A DNA stretch of 60,179 nucleotides from positions 1 through 60,179 of the forward strand of contig NW_021832578.1 in the NCBI RefSeq assembly GCF_006345805.1, written 5' to 3'. The stretch comes from Octopus sinensis. Lineage: Eukaryota. Below, in pieces: positions 13,855 through 25,510 of this stretch (position 1 is its first letter; every line of letters starts with the position of its first letter). Under the pieces are notes generated by a model. The model saw nothing but the letters and a program-made list of their open reading frames with translations. It had not been told where the DNA came from and did not search any database. The position numbers were made by a program, and so were the translations under genes.

Positions 13855-13980
13855 AGGCAACTGGTACTTAATGTATCGACTCCGTCAGGATGAAAGACTA
13901 AGCCGACTTCGGCGGAATTTGAACTCAGAACGTAAAGCTTTTCGCCCGGTGTGCTAACGATTGTGTCAGCAGGCCGCCTT
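13855..13980 (-). mobile_element. SINE family B, 5' half
   Basis: CGGCGGAATTTGAACTCAGAACG and GTGCTAACGATT...GCCGCCTTA are the reverse complement of the family B head. Confidence 0.85.
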
Positions 13981-14129
13981 ATGAAGAATACATAATTTAA
14001 GGTCTAAATATGAGAGTATGCAGAAAAAGGAATACAAAAAAGAAACTGAAATGCAGCCTAAAACGTAGTCTTAAAAAATGAAATAAGTTAGATTATACCT
14101 CGGAGAAAATATCTGATTTAAATTAGTCC

Positions 14130-14620
14130 TTCTTGGCCTCAAAAATAATTTTAAAACGGCTCCGTAACCTTTGCGCATGCATTCCTTACTCTGACCCTCG
14201 AAATATCTTCGAACACATCGTTGGTGTAAGCTACCAATTCTGTAGCTCAGATATGTTTTTCACAAAAGCACCTAACACAGTAATCGATGGAATTACAATT
14301 TCGGGGATCAAAGGGACAGGACTGGTGGTGGATTCGTATAAATAGTCTAAGACTGAAATATGATTGTCGGTGGGAATATGAGAAAGAGCCGAATCCATCT
14401 GCCACACATGTGGCCTCCTAGAAATAGATATTTTTCTCAATTTCTGACTAATGCAAATTTGATATTTCAGAAATAGTTTTCCGGCTGAATTCTGTATTGC
14501 TCAATTTGTATAAAAACAAGACTTCATTCCAAAATGACAAATGGCATGAATGGGAATTTCATAGTGATTTCGATATACATTTCTGGAAGCATCGTCCGCA
14601 GATCTGAGTTTTCTGTATGG
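14130..14620 (-). mobile_element. Decayed Tc1/mariner-superfamily transposase C-terminal half
   Basis: Minus strand gives RRPHVWQMDSALSH (like GRPYVWQQDSAPCH), DPRNCNSIDYCV (like PPNSPDCNPMDYYVW) and VFEDISRVRVRNACAK (like VF.DLPR..V..ACAR). Confidence 0.75.
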
Positions 14621-15065
14621 AAAAATATATTTGAGGTAGATCGTTGTTATTATTTAAAATGCTAAGATATTAACAATTACAGTATGATCGGTGTTTGGCT
14701 ATAATAACTGGACCAAAATCCTAGCTTTATCGTTTGCCATCTGTGGATTGATTGGAAAGAGCATTCAAGATTTTTACAGTATTTCGTAAGGTCTTTGTTA
14801 CAAATCCTATGGCGTATCTTGCACATTTTCTCATATGCCGACACAGACAAAAATAAATGCTCGCACAAGAATATGGCTGTTGATGTGATTATACACAATT
14901 GTTCAGCATATTTAATACTTCAGAGAATTGATTTCCATGCTACCTATGTCCACTGGTATATACACATATATACCTGCAAACCAACGCGCACGCACACATG
15001 CACACAAAAAACACAAACACACACATACACAAACAATCACACACACAAACACACACATATATATA

Positions 15066-15360
15066 GGAGCAGGCGTGTCTGTGAGGTAAGAAAGCGGCTT
15101 CCCAATCACATGTTTGAGCGTTTCGTCACGCCACTTGAGACATCGTGTTAGTGCCTTCTCCTATAGCAATTGGTCCCTACTTTAATGCTTGAAAGCTGGT
15201 GTTATTGATTTAACATGACTATAACTTCTTCAAAATTTGCCGAGAGAATATGTGCAAAGATTGTATAACTACCCAAGGCTCGATACATTTGACTAAAGAT
15301 TTTGAAATGCCGTGTCCCACCATGGTCACAGTCTCAAGTCAGGGTAAGTGAAAGGTTAAA
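15066..15360 (+). mobile_element. Old, diverged SINE family A copy
   Basis: GCAGGCGTGTCTGTGAGGTAAGAAAGC...TTCCCAATCACATG head and GCCGTGTCCCACCATGGTCACAG tail. Confidence 0.6.
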
Positions 15361-15379
15361 GATATATACATATATATAT

Positions 15380-15665
15380 GACAAGGGTGCAGCCTTGATG
15401 GTGTGGCGCTTAGACATCTACAAGCCCGAAACTCTCCGCGAACTTGAAGACACATCCTTCTCCTGCCCTCTGCCCTCTGACGCCACGCCCAGCTGCCAAC
15501 AGACTGCGTGCTCCACTATCCATGAACTTATCTCCTCCTCCAGTCTCCCCCGGCCGCCTCCAAGGTCATTGTCCTTACCCCTCGCAACTCCACAAATTTC
15601 TTCGTCACCTAAATCCACAAACTTAACGAGTTTGGCCACCCCATTATCTCCAGCTGCAACTGCCC
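15380..15665 (+). mobile_element. Penelope-like element reverse transcriptase N-terminal fragment
   Basis: DKGAALMVWRLDIYKPETLRELEDTSF (like ADKG.AVV+W..+.Y..EA.RQL.DT.FY), then after a frameshift T*IHKLNEFGHPIISSCNCP (like LPKIHKPNNPGRPIVS.CNCP). Confidence 0.8.
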
Positions 15666-15855
15666 CATTCGCCATGATAGATCGCTAGCCATTGCACATT
15701 CTTTATTTTCTCTCCTTTTTTTCTGTGTTATTTTCTGTGGAAGAGCATAGGCTCGAAAAGTTAAAGACAGTTTCACTTCCCAGCGTTACACTAATACATC
15801 TGTTTGTTGTCTACACCACATGTCTACGTCTTTTGTTTTCTTTGTGAATTCTCCC

Positions 15856-15856
<1 letters not shown>
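15666..15856 (+). mobile_element. ~190-nt Penelope-associated tail (pseudo-LTR-like) with degenerate hammerhead-like motif
   Basis: Homologous to 18871-19060 and fused directly to the Penelope RT fragment. Contains CTGTGGA-A-GAGCATAGGCTC-GAAAAGTT and ends in (TA)n. Confidence 0.7.
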
Positions 15857-15933
<77 letters not shown>

Positions 15934-15966
15934 TAATCAAAATAAAAACATGATGTCAAGGATTCA

Positions 15967-16046
15967 GCGATATATATGTTTCGGGCCTTTATTAGACGGA
16001 TTTATAACAATGCATAAGGTGCGTCCGTGGCCTTCTTCAGCCGCGC
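15967..16046 (-). ncRNA. Degenerate type I hammerhead ribozyme-like motif
   Basis: Minus strand reads GCGG-CTGAAGA-A-GGCC ACGGA...TCCGT...GGCCC-GAAAC-ATAT-ATA-TCGC. The cleavage triplet is mutated (ATA rather than GTH). Confidence 0.45.
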
Positions 16047-18361
16047 ACAACTACTTCTTCAAGGACATGTATTACATCAAAAGTTCTTCGTTGGGGATGC
16101 AAATCCCCTCATTCGCGTACGACGTAATGCGGCAACAGCATAAAAATGAAGCGTCCATCTGGTTCTTCTCTCAATGTAGAATGAGGAAGTTTGGATGTTG
16201 AAGTAATATAAATAAATTAATAAATAAATATATACATATATAAATATATAAATACAGACAGACGTGAGGGAACCTGGTAATAAGAGCAAATAGAGATAAA
16301 GATGGAGGGGCGAGAATTCAGGACGAAGGATAAAAAATATATAAAAAGTGTAAGTATAGAAAAATATAAAAATGTAGAGTATAAAGATATAAAGAGATAT
16401 AAAGAGATATAAAAAATATAAAGAATATAAATGAATATAAAGGTATAAATTGATAAAAATAAAAATAAAAAATAATAAAATGTGTAAAAGAATATAAGGA
16501 TAAGGGATATATAGTAGTTACGGACCAAACATGGTGGTCAGGAAAATGACAAATTCTGGTTGTAGAAGTCTTGGGTGTCATAAATCAATCGGGGCGTATA
16601 TATAAGTGCACACATTAAAAAATATCGTTGTACATATATATGTGTATGAGTGTATGACTGTATGTGTGTGTTTGTGTGTCATATGTTGATCTCATAACAG
16701 AACTGTTAGGTAACTTTCTAATAATACGCATCTAAAACCAACGACTTTTCTGCTAGTTACACAAATTGAGTTCATTTCCAACTAACGTCTGAACGTATAA
16801 TTTAATCAGACTTAGTGACATTACAATTACACACACCTTTTATTTAATAATTTTGTCTATTTATTTTTATATAACATTGTTTGTTCGAACATAGGCTCAC
16901 ATGGTTTTACAATGCTGCGTATTTCCAAATTAATTATAATACATTTTAAACATTGTTATTTTGAATGTGATACCATTAATTGCAGGCTGGGTGTATATTT
17001 CTTCAATATACCAAATACAATCCAAGTCATTAAGTGTTTCTAGTTTTTATCTGAGATAAACATGTTACAGCCTGAGTTACTAGTTTTTGTATTAAATAAT
17101 AGAATCAATTCCACAGAAACTCGAGTCTGGTTGGTTTGCACCACACTTGAAATAATTTTCTTTGTATCTGCCGAGTTACGTACAAAAGGAATCCGTCGAT
17201 TTGATTAGTTCTCATCGCCAACATTCACCTGACATTACTCTGCGACCATGGTGGGACACATATTTTCAATATTTTTAATCGATGCATATAACCCAGGATA
17301 GTTTTACAAACGTTGCATTTATTCTCTCAGAAGCTTTGGAGCAAGCAAGTTAAAACGACTCCAAGGTTTTCGAAAAGTCACAGTAATACGAAGTATCGTA
17401 TTGAAGACATAATGTGTCAAATATGAAAGTATCAAAATCTTGTATTTCAAAATAGGGAAACCCAAACCTCTAACAAATTGACGACTCAATCGTTATTTTT
17501 TATTTCTCTCTGAGTTGAAATTCCGCTGATATCTATTTTCCGCCCACTGTATCCTTTTTGAGGCAGAAATTATATACCGGTTAAGTTCAATGAGAGATAT
17601 AAATCAATGTGCACACCTTCTTGTAAATTCCTTATTATATGTTTATAAAAGAAATTATTCAAAACCTTATCGATAAATAAAGCTTATTGTCAACAGAAAT
17701 CTCACTAGGAGGAATTTCAACCGTGTTTCGTGTTCTTTTAACACAACAGCTCCTTTATAAGATCCAGTTAGCTCAAGACATCATCAAGAGGAATCACGTC
17801 CGGTTTCGTCCCCTTCTCCGCTACAATTTTGATGTGGCAGTCCCTCCCCTTTCGGAGGCAACTTCAAATCTGGTGTTGGGTGCATGTCTTCTTTCTTCCG
17901 TGTAGCGTCAACGAGTATCAGCCGGCGACTCACTGTCTTATCAATTTTTTTCTCATTTATTTATCTATTTTTTATATGTGTGTTACTTGCCTGTGTATTG
18001 GGATGTAATGCGCAAACTTCATTAAAACTGTTGACGAATTCCTTTTCTACGATACTAATTTTGAAATAAAATAATTGCGACCTACAATATAAAGTTTATG
18101 AAACTTTGACTCATAATGCTTTGTTAGATTGCACTACGTTCTAGCCAGAAATCTCTCTGGATTAATCATCTGTTTGAATGATTATAAGTTAGCCAAATCA
18201 AAGTGGTATCAGTATTGATTTGCATCGATCAGGCATCAAAAACGTCCTTGTTTCTGCTCAACTAAAATCAAAATTTATTGAAGTCAGATACAATAGAGAA
18301 TTAACATTTGGTATGTAAGGCGACAATTTATGTTGGGTGATGTATTACACGTTACTCTTCT

Positions 18362-18409
<48 letters not shown>

Positions 18410-18717
18410 CATGAAAATAAAACAAGGTAGAGAATGCTAAAATAGTTTTTTAGCATTATCCATGTTGTCCTCATTTGCTTATACATACCACTAGTGTTAC
18501 TTTTCCCCTAGTATTGATGTAGCGATATTTGAAATTTTGTCTAGGTGGATGTAGTCAATGAGAACTAATGAAGTTTAGATTAACTAACGTACTTTGTGAT
18601 AGTTTGCAATCTAAGACCTAAGTAATCGACATCTGACTCGTACATTTCTTAAATATTCATTCTACTGGTAAGATGTAATATTTTGATATTCGCCACATGC
18701 AAGCATTTCAGCCAGTG

Positions 18718-18750
<33 letters not shown>

Positions 18751-18754
18751 TATA

Positions 18755-18789
<35 letters not shown>

Positions 18790-18870
18790 CTGGCAAAAAT
18801 GCTTGTGGGAGGCTCATTGATTTATTATCTCCCATTCTCCCGAGCTCTCCTGTGTGACCCTTCTGTGCGG

Positions 18871-19057
18871 CATTCGCCACGATAGATCGCTAGCCACTAC
18901 ACGTTCTTTATTTTCTCTCCTTGTTTATTTGTATGTTCCTTTCTGTTGAAGAGCGTAGGCTCGAAACGTTAAAAACATATTCACTTCCCAAGCGTTATAG
19001 CAATACATCTGTTTGTTGTCCACACCACCTGTCTTCGTCTTTTTTGTGTGAATTCTC

Positions 19058-19060
<3 letters not shown>
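18871..19060 (+). mobile_element. Second copy of the Penelope-associated tail with hammerhead-like motif
   Basis: Homologous to 15666-15856. The motif TTT-CTGTTGA-A-GAGC GTAG GCTC-GAAAC-GTT-AAA lies at 18940-18973. Confidence 0.7.
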
Positions 19061-19090
<30 letters not shown>

Positions 19091-19856
19091 TGAAGCTTTA
19101 CTAAAGCATCGTATATTATCGAGTGATATTTCCAGTAAATATTAGTGCATTGTAATATCAATATCCTATTTATACTTAGACGTGACGATGATTTGTTTTG
19201 CTGAGAAGCAGCACGATTGCATTGCACTATTTAATAGTTTTCATTTTTTCTTTGATATGTATACATGTATGTGTTTTGAGAAATATATATAAAATTTGCC
19301 AACACATTTTTGTGCTTTGTATGGTAAAACTGAAACGTTATTCCTATATGAAAATGTGGCTTGCATTATTTCTGATTTTTTAGCTATTGTGAAAAAATTG
19401 ACATCAATGAATACAACTGAAATGGCGTTCATGAATATTAACTAATATGTTGTCAAAGATAAGATAAATACTTATTAGAATGATGCGCTCTATGACGTTG
19501 TTGACGTACAGCCAGATGGGAGGGAACATGATGTTGATCATCATGGTGATTTCGGTGATGATTTTGATGATGATGATGATGTTAATGATCATGATTACAG
19601 ACAATTGTTAAGGTAAAGATGAATATGATGATATTTATGATGTACGAAGAAGTGTTGATGATTTGGAACACTTGCCACAATCAAAACAATGACAACTCTA
19701 CGTTAGACCGTCAAAGATCACCAAATGCCTTATCCATGATTTGCTTCTGATGCGCCAAATCGTATGAGGATGATCGTGGTACTCCTCATAAAAGGGAATA
19801 GGTGAATGAGAAGATGTATTTGCAGGAGTAAATATTTACTGCAAGAGAAAGGAAAT

Positions 19857-22110
19857 TGTTATAATCCTTACAATATTAGATTGTTATTACGTCCACTTCC
19901 ATACAGGGTACACTTAGTAATCCACAAAGATTCAACCATCCCTGACCGCCTACTACGTACTCCGGTACTTTACGTACTTCTCTTTACTTATACTATCTAA
20001 GTTATTCCATACGCCACGTGGGAGGTATATACAGTTATTATTGATTCCCCAGATCTCACCTTTATGTTTTTCTTTGGATGTGTCATCTTATTTAGCAGTA
20101 TTTCTTTTATCCGCCGCCACATCTCTTTTTTAACTTTTTCCCCTAAAACTATAATATTTTTTTTGCATGGCATCTATTCTCAGGACCTCTGTATGTTTTG
20201 TTTCTTCTCACTTGTACACCTGGGTTCAATGACCTGCAGTGGCTTTCATCCATCGCATATATTCTGCAACCATTACATTGTTTTCCTTCAAATTCTCCGG
20301 TTCGCTTTTCACGAATCGCATTTTCAGTTGGTTCCTGTGTCTCTTTTCTATGTCTTTCCTACGTTTTCCCATAACATCATTCTACTTAAGCATTTGATAA
20401 TTACGTCATCTTCCCAAATCTGCTTTCAATATCTGTATGCCCTCATATACACCTTTTCACCAACTTTAAAGAATATTGTTATTTCCTCCCTGACACACTT
20501 TCTTGTCTTGCCGGATACATTTTACTTTCTTTGCAATCATTAGGTCCACTGGTGAACTGCCTGATGTATTTGGATTTGGTGTCATACCGTATATCTTTAA
20601 AAATTGCAGAGCTACCTAATTCATCAGTTCCTTTTTCAATTTGCTAAGGGCACTTTTAAAGGTATAGTGAAAGTGTTTAGCTGTCCATTAGATCTGAGGT
20701 GGTATGGCACTGTAGCTTTATGTTCTGCCGCGAACAATTCACAAAACTTTTGAAATACTCGTTACACAATTTGCAATCCATTGGCAGAAAATATCTTGTA
20801 TGGGATACCAAATCTTGCAAAATGTTCGTGCAACGTTTTATCAAGTTTGAGGAGGTCGGTTTTTTACATTAACCAGTTGCTAGCTATTTCGAAAACCTAT
20901 CAATTATCACTAAGCCGTAAGAACCTTTTCATCAACCAGCAAAAACGATGTGTAATCTCGACCACGGCACATGTACTTTTAAACGATATTTTCTTTTTTC
21001 GTGGGCAATTTTTTATTTCGGTTTGGCTTACATGCAGGCAATCTTTTTCTTTCGGTCTTTCAAGCGCATTCAAACGTTCGAACGAACCAACGAATGTTTC
21101 ACACAAAACACGTATTCCATACTTTGAATAATTCCATTCACTCCCTGCCGAACAAATTAAGTGAACTTTGTAACGCATGCGTCTGTGCCGTTTGATCAGG
21201 AAATATTACCTTAGATACAAATTCACTGAAAGTAGCACCCCATGTGCTACTTTCTTCAATTTAATTAATTTCGGATTACGGACATATTTCCATTTTCTTT
21301 TTCTTTTATAACACTGATAATACCTACACTGTCTATTTTCAGACTAAGTGATGTATTTCTGATTTTCACCTACGCAAAATTCATCATCGTTATATTACCA
21401 ATTTCTTCCGAGCACATTTATTCTTTTTCCTTCTATCTCACGTTGTGTCATCTCCATTCTCCAGTACGTCTTAATATGTCCTATATTTCCACAACGATAT
21501 TACACCATGCGAAACATTGACTTATTTCCTGATTTTTTTTTCGGAACTACTTTATCTCTAGTCTAATTAATTCGATCTTGCTTTACTTCGAAACAATCTT
21601 TACGTTCAATTTCTTCCACTCGCCTTTCACAATTTTATGACACATCCTGGTTTTGTTCCAACTTTGTGAGAATTCTGGGTTTAACTTCTGCGTCCTGTAA
21701 ACTCAGGCATTTGAACGTGTCTGGTGTTAATTAATCCAGCGTAAACTTTTCGCATTCCGTGTTTACTCTACCAGCGTATGTAATGTAGTCTTCATCGTTG
21801 TTTTTCTCTATTTCAACGTGTGTAGAACATTGTGCTTTTGCAGTGAGAATTTTACGTTAGATATATATTGTATCATTAAAGATTGTGTCCGAAAATTATT
21901 TTGGTTGTACATAATTAGTGTATCGTTCACGTTCTGTTTGTTGTCGCCTCTTTTCTCAAGTTTAAGCGTGTTTTCATTTCGCAATCCCAATCTTTATATT
22001 CTTTCCCGAATGTTTGCATATATTTCTGTACTATGATTCCAGGGTAACTCCTGCGTCAGGGTCGTATTTGAAGTTTGTTATGGAGTTCTCTGCAACAATA
22101 TTGGGAGCGG
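19857..22110 (-). mobile_element. Decayed Ty3/Gypsy LTR retrotransposon (gag-protease-integrase, RT/RNase H missing) with probable 3' LTR
   Basis: Minus strand gives NSITNFKYDPDAGVT and DYITYAGRVNTECEKF...FKCL (gag), LNLFGRE*MELF (protease end), then PWSRLHIVFAG, FARFGIPYKIFSANG, PYHLRSNGQ and QFLKIYGMTPNPNTSGSSPVDLM (integrase). The putative LTR ends ...TTATAACA at 19857. Confidence 0.85.
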
Positions 22111-22784
22111 AAAATGAGAAAAAAGAAAAGAAAGCTGATATAGAATGTAACCAGGATGTCATAACGAAGATATCGTCTAGCTGATAATTTCGATGGACTA
22201 ATAATTTAGGCAGGTTTTAGATTTGGATACTAAATCGCATTGACATCAAAACAATTTTATCATAACTGGACTTCCTTCCTCTCACTTCTAAAATGTGTGA
22301 AGCATACTAAAATTGTATATATCAATATACATTTTACACACTTGTCAGGCATAAAATTTATCATCGACTGAAAATTGTGAGCGCTTATGTAAATAAGATA
22401 TAATCTTTCAAAGTCCTTACACTAAATAAGGCCTGCGTTAGAAAGAGCATTTTGCAATTCGGTAATAGCATTCATTATGCACGATTTTAAGCTGGCCTTT
22501 CTACACAGGAAATTGCGCTATTTTCAGCAAATGTGGACATCACAAAACACTTTAATGATTTCTTTATCAAGTATATTTGTTGTGCAACCAACTCTTCAAA
22601 CATTTGCACATATTTATGTTTATCTTGGTGGTGGATTTTGTACAAACGTGTGTTTCTGGTTTTGTGAGTGTCTGTCCGCTCATGTAAGTTTGTAGTATTC
22701 AGCAGGTGAATAGGTATAGGCTTGCCATTAGTGACCTGGCATACATGCACAAAATCACGCACAAGTACACAAACAGGTATATAC

Positions 22785-22851
<67 letters not shown>

Positions 22852-23182
22852 ATGGTGTGTGTGTGTGAGTATATGTACACACACATATACACACACAAAG
22901 ACATATATACATATTTATATGTATAAAAGTGAATCTTTATCTATATGTGTATATTTGTACAAATGTTAATCCTGTATTCATAAATATTTCTCAATTACAC
23001 AAGCTTCTTCGTATTTTAGTAACTTCACGCTTGCCTCAATGTAACTTAAGCCATTTCAGAACCATGCCTACCTTTAGAATCATAACACATATAAATAAAC
23101 AATCTACCTCTTACTTCAAAATTGAAATGTTGAATGAATTATAATTCGCTTACTGTTATATTTAGATGTGTGTGTGGGTAAG

Positions 23183-23226
<44 letters not shown>

Positions 23227-23588
23227 TGCGTATGTATATGTATATTATATATATATATATATATTATATATATATATATGAATAAATATGCATATTTATA
23301 CATATACATACACACACACCAACACAAACCCTTCACACATATATAAATATATATTAATAGTAAATTTAGAACAAAGAAATGTCAATTAAAATACAGCATT
23401 AATAAAATCAACGGACAGCAAGGTTTCTTGCACAAGTAATGTGGATGACATCTTGACCCTCGGTTAAAAGAATAAGTTAGACGTTTCGAACAAAACTCTT
23501 CGTCGGAAAGGAGTGATCGAAATCCCCAAATACTCACACACATACACACACGAGCATGCACACACCCATACACATACGCCTACATATA

Positions 23589-23765
23589 CTAGATATGTTG
23601 GACTAAAGATTGTTGGACCAGGCTATCTGTAACATAAGGGCACCACATGATAGGATTAACTAGATCCTTTTTTTCAGTCTGGATTTGTTGTGTAATTGTC
23701 CATTCCAATAGGGACTCCTTCTTGAGTGAGATGTATGCAGCTATATGTGGCTTATCTGGTATTCT
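23589..23765 (-). other. Candidate exon (58 open codons to a stop) after a 104-nt GT-AG intron-like segment
   Basis: Acceptor CCTTTTGATTTATTTCTTCAG at 23766 and donor CCAG|GTAAGG at 23869. The frame RIPDKPHIAAYISLKKESLLEW...QHI* is open, but I recognise no homologue. Confidence 0.25.
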
Positions 23766-25108
23766 CTGAAGAAATAAATCAAAAGGTATTTAATTTCAAG
23801 CAAATCTTGTAAGTGTAAATAGTTTACATAAATAGTACAAAAAACTAGTAACTAAAGACTCTGCCTTACCTGGAACAGGTAAAGTAACTATAAGCCTCAA
23901 ACTAGAATGTATATCTAAATTACGAGAGTAAGGTTGGCAAATATATTATTCTTACACTGTGTCCAGAGTTAATGAGACATGATAAATGTGAAGAAGATTT
24001 TTAAAAAATCAATAATAAAGTCACTCATTGAAAATCGTAATTAATAAAAATAAAATGAAACTAGAACTACAAGGAAGGCAATATGTGGAAAATAAAATGG
24101 TTATCTGCTTGTCATAATATTATAGTGAATGGCCCCTAATAAGTAGCCGTTAGATGAAGAATGCCTTTCGAAGAACTAAGTTTATACTCAGTTGTTACAG
24201 ATAAAGCTATTTTCTATTTTATAAGCTGTTGCGCAGCCTATTTCCAATCTCGAAATGCTTGTTCGGGATCTGGAAGATAACTCACGTAATAAGATTATGA
24301 TACTGAATGGTGAATACTGAGCAGTAAAGAAATTTACAATTTAGGGGGAACACATTGTGTAGTTTGCCTAGAAGTCATTATTAATAATTAGAGCGGAGTA
24401 TAATATCCTTAATGAAAGACACGAGCTAGCGCTATGATATATTTTTTGAAAAATAGAGATAATTTCTTTGTAAATTAATCATTTGAGAATTATATAACAA
24501 CTGTGCACCTACTCAACACAAAAGTTTAGAAATAACAACATATTTAAATTTCGTTTTTGGTTTGCAAGATTCTTTATATGAGATCGTGTGTTGAAGCATA
24601 TTCTGCTGTGTCAAAACTATTGAAAAAGTACGCATATTGAAAACTAAGAAAAAAGTGGAAATTTTACCGGTGAGTGTGTTATATTACAAGGCACAAAACG
24701 AAAATTACTCTGCCCAGACACAACACATTTAAAGTAATTGCCAATATCATTATTGGCTCCAATTACAGATTTCTCTTACTCTAGTTTTCTCGCTGTATAT
24801 TACGATGAGAAGATAACTATTTTATTTTTCCTCCATGGCTTTCTTTATGCTTCCATATTCACTTTCATTTTTATTGTTCTTTTTTATTGATTTTGCTTTG
24901 TTATAATGTTATTCTCATTTTACATTTATCTTATTCACTTAGTACGTGTATCAGTTAATATACCACGTTCCGTGAGAATTATACGTTAGCCTTACTATTA
25001 CAGGTTTACCAGTGATATTTTACTTGTATAATTTAGGTTTATACTGTAGTTTTGGTATGGATTTCAATTTACCTAATATAGTATTTTGATAATACATAAT
25101 TAGGATAA

Positions 25109-25510
25109 GGCGGCAATCTGGTAGAAACGTTAGCACGCCAGGCAAAACACTTAGCGGTATTTTGTCTATCTTTACTTTATGAGTTCAAATTCCGCCGAGG
25201 TCTACTTTGCCTTTCATCCTTTCGGGTTCGATTAGATAAGCACCAATTACACACTGGGGTCGATGTAATCGACTTAATCCGTGTGTCTGTCCTTGTTTGT
25301 CCCCTCTGCGTTTAGCTCCTTGTGGGTAGTAAAGAAATAGGTATTTTGTCTGTCTTTGCGTTCTGTGTTCAAATTCCACCGAGGTAGACTTTGCCTTTCA
25401 TCCTTTCGTGTTCGATAAATTAAGTACCGATTGCGTATTGGGGGCCGATCTTATCGACAGCCCCCTCCTTCTCCCAAATGTTGGGTCTTGTGCCTAGACT
25501 AGAAAATAAT
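25109..25510 (+). mobile_element. SINE family B, dimeric form
   Basis: The GTTCAAATTCC.CCGAGGT..ACTTTGCCTTTCATCCTTTCG module occurs twice (about 25185 and 25365). Confidence 0.88.
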
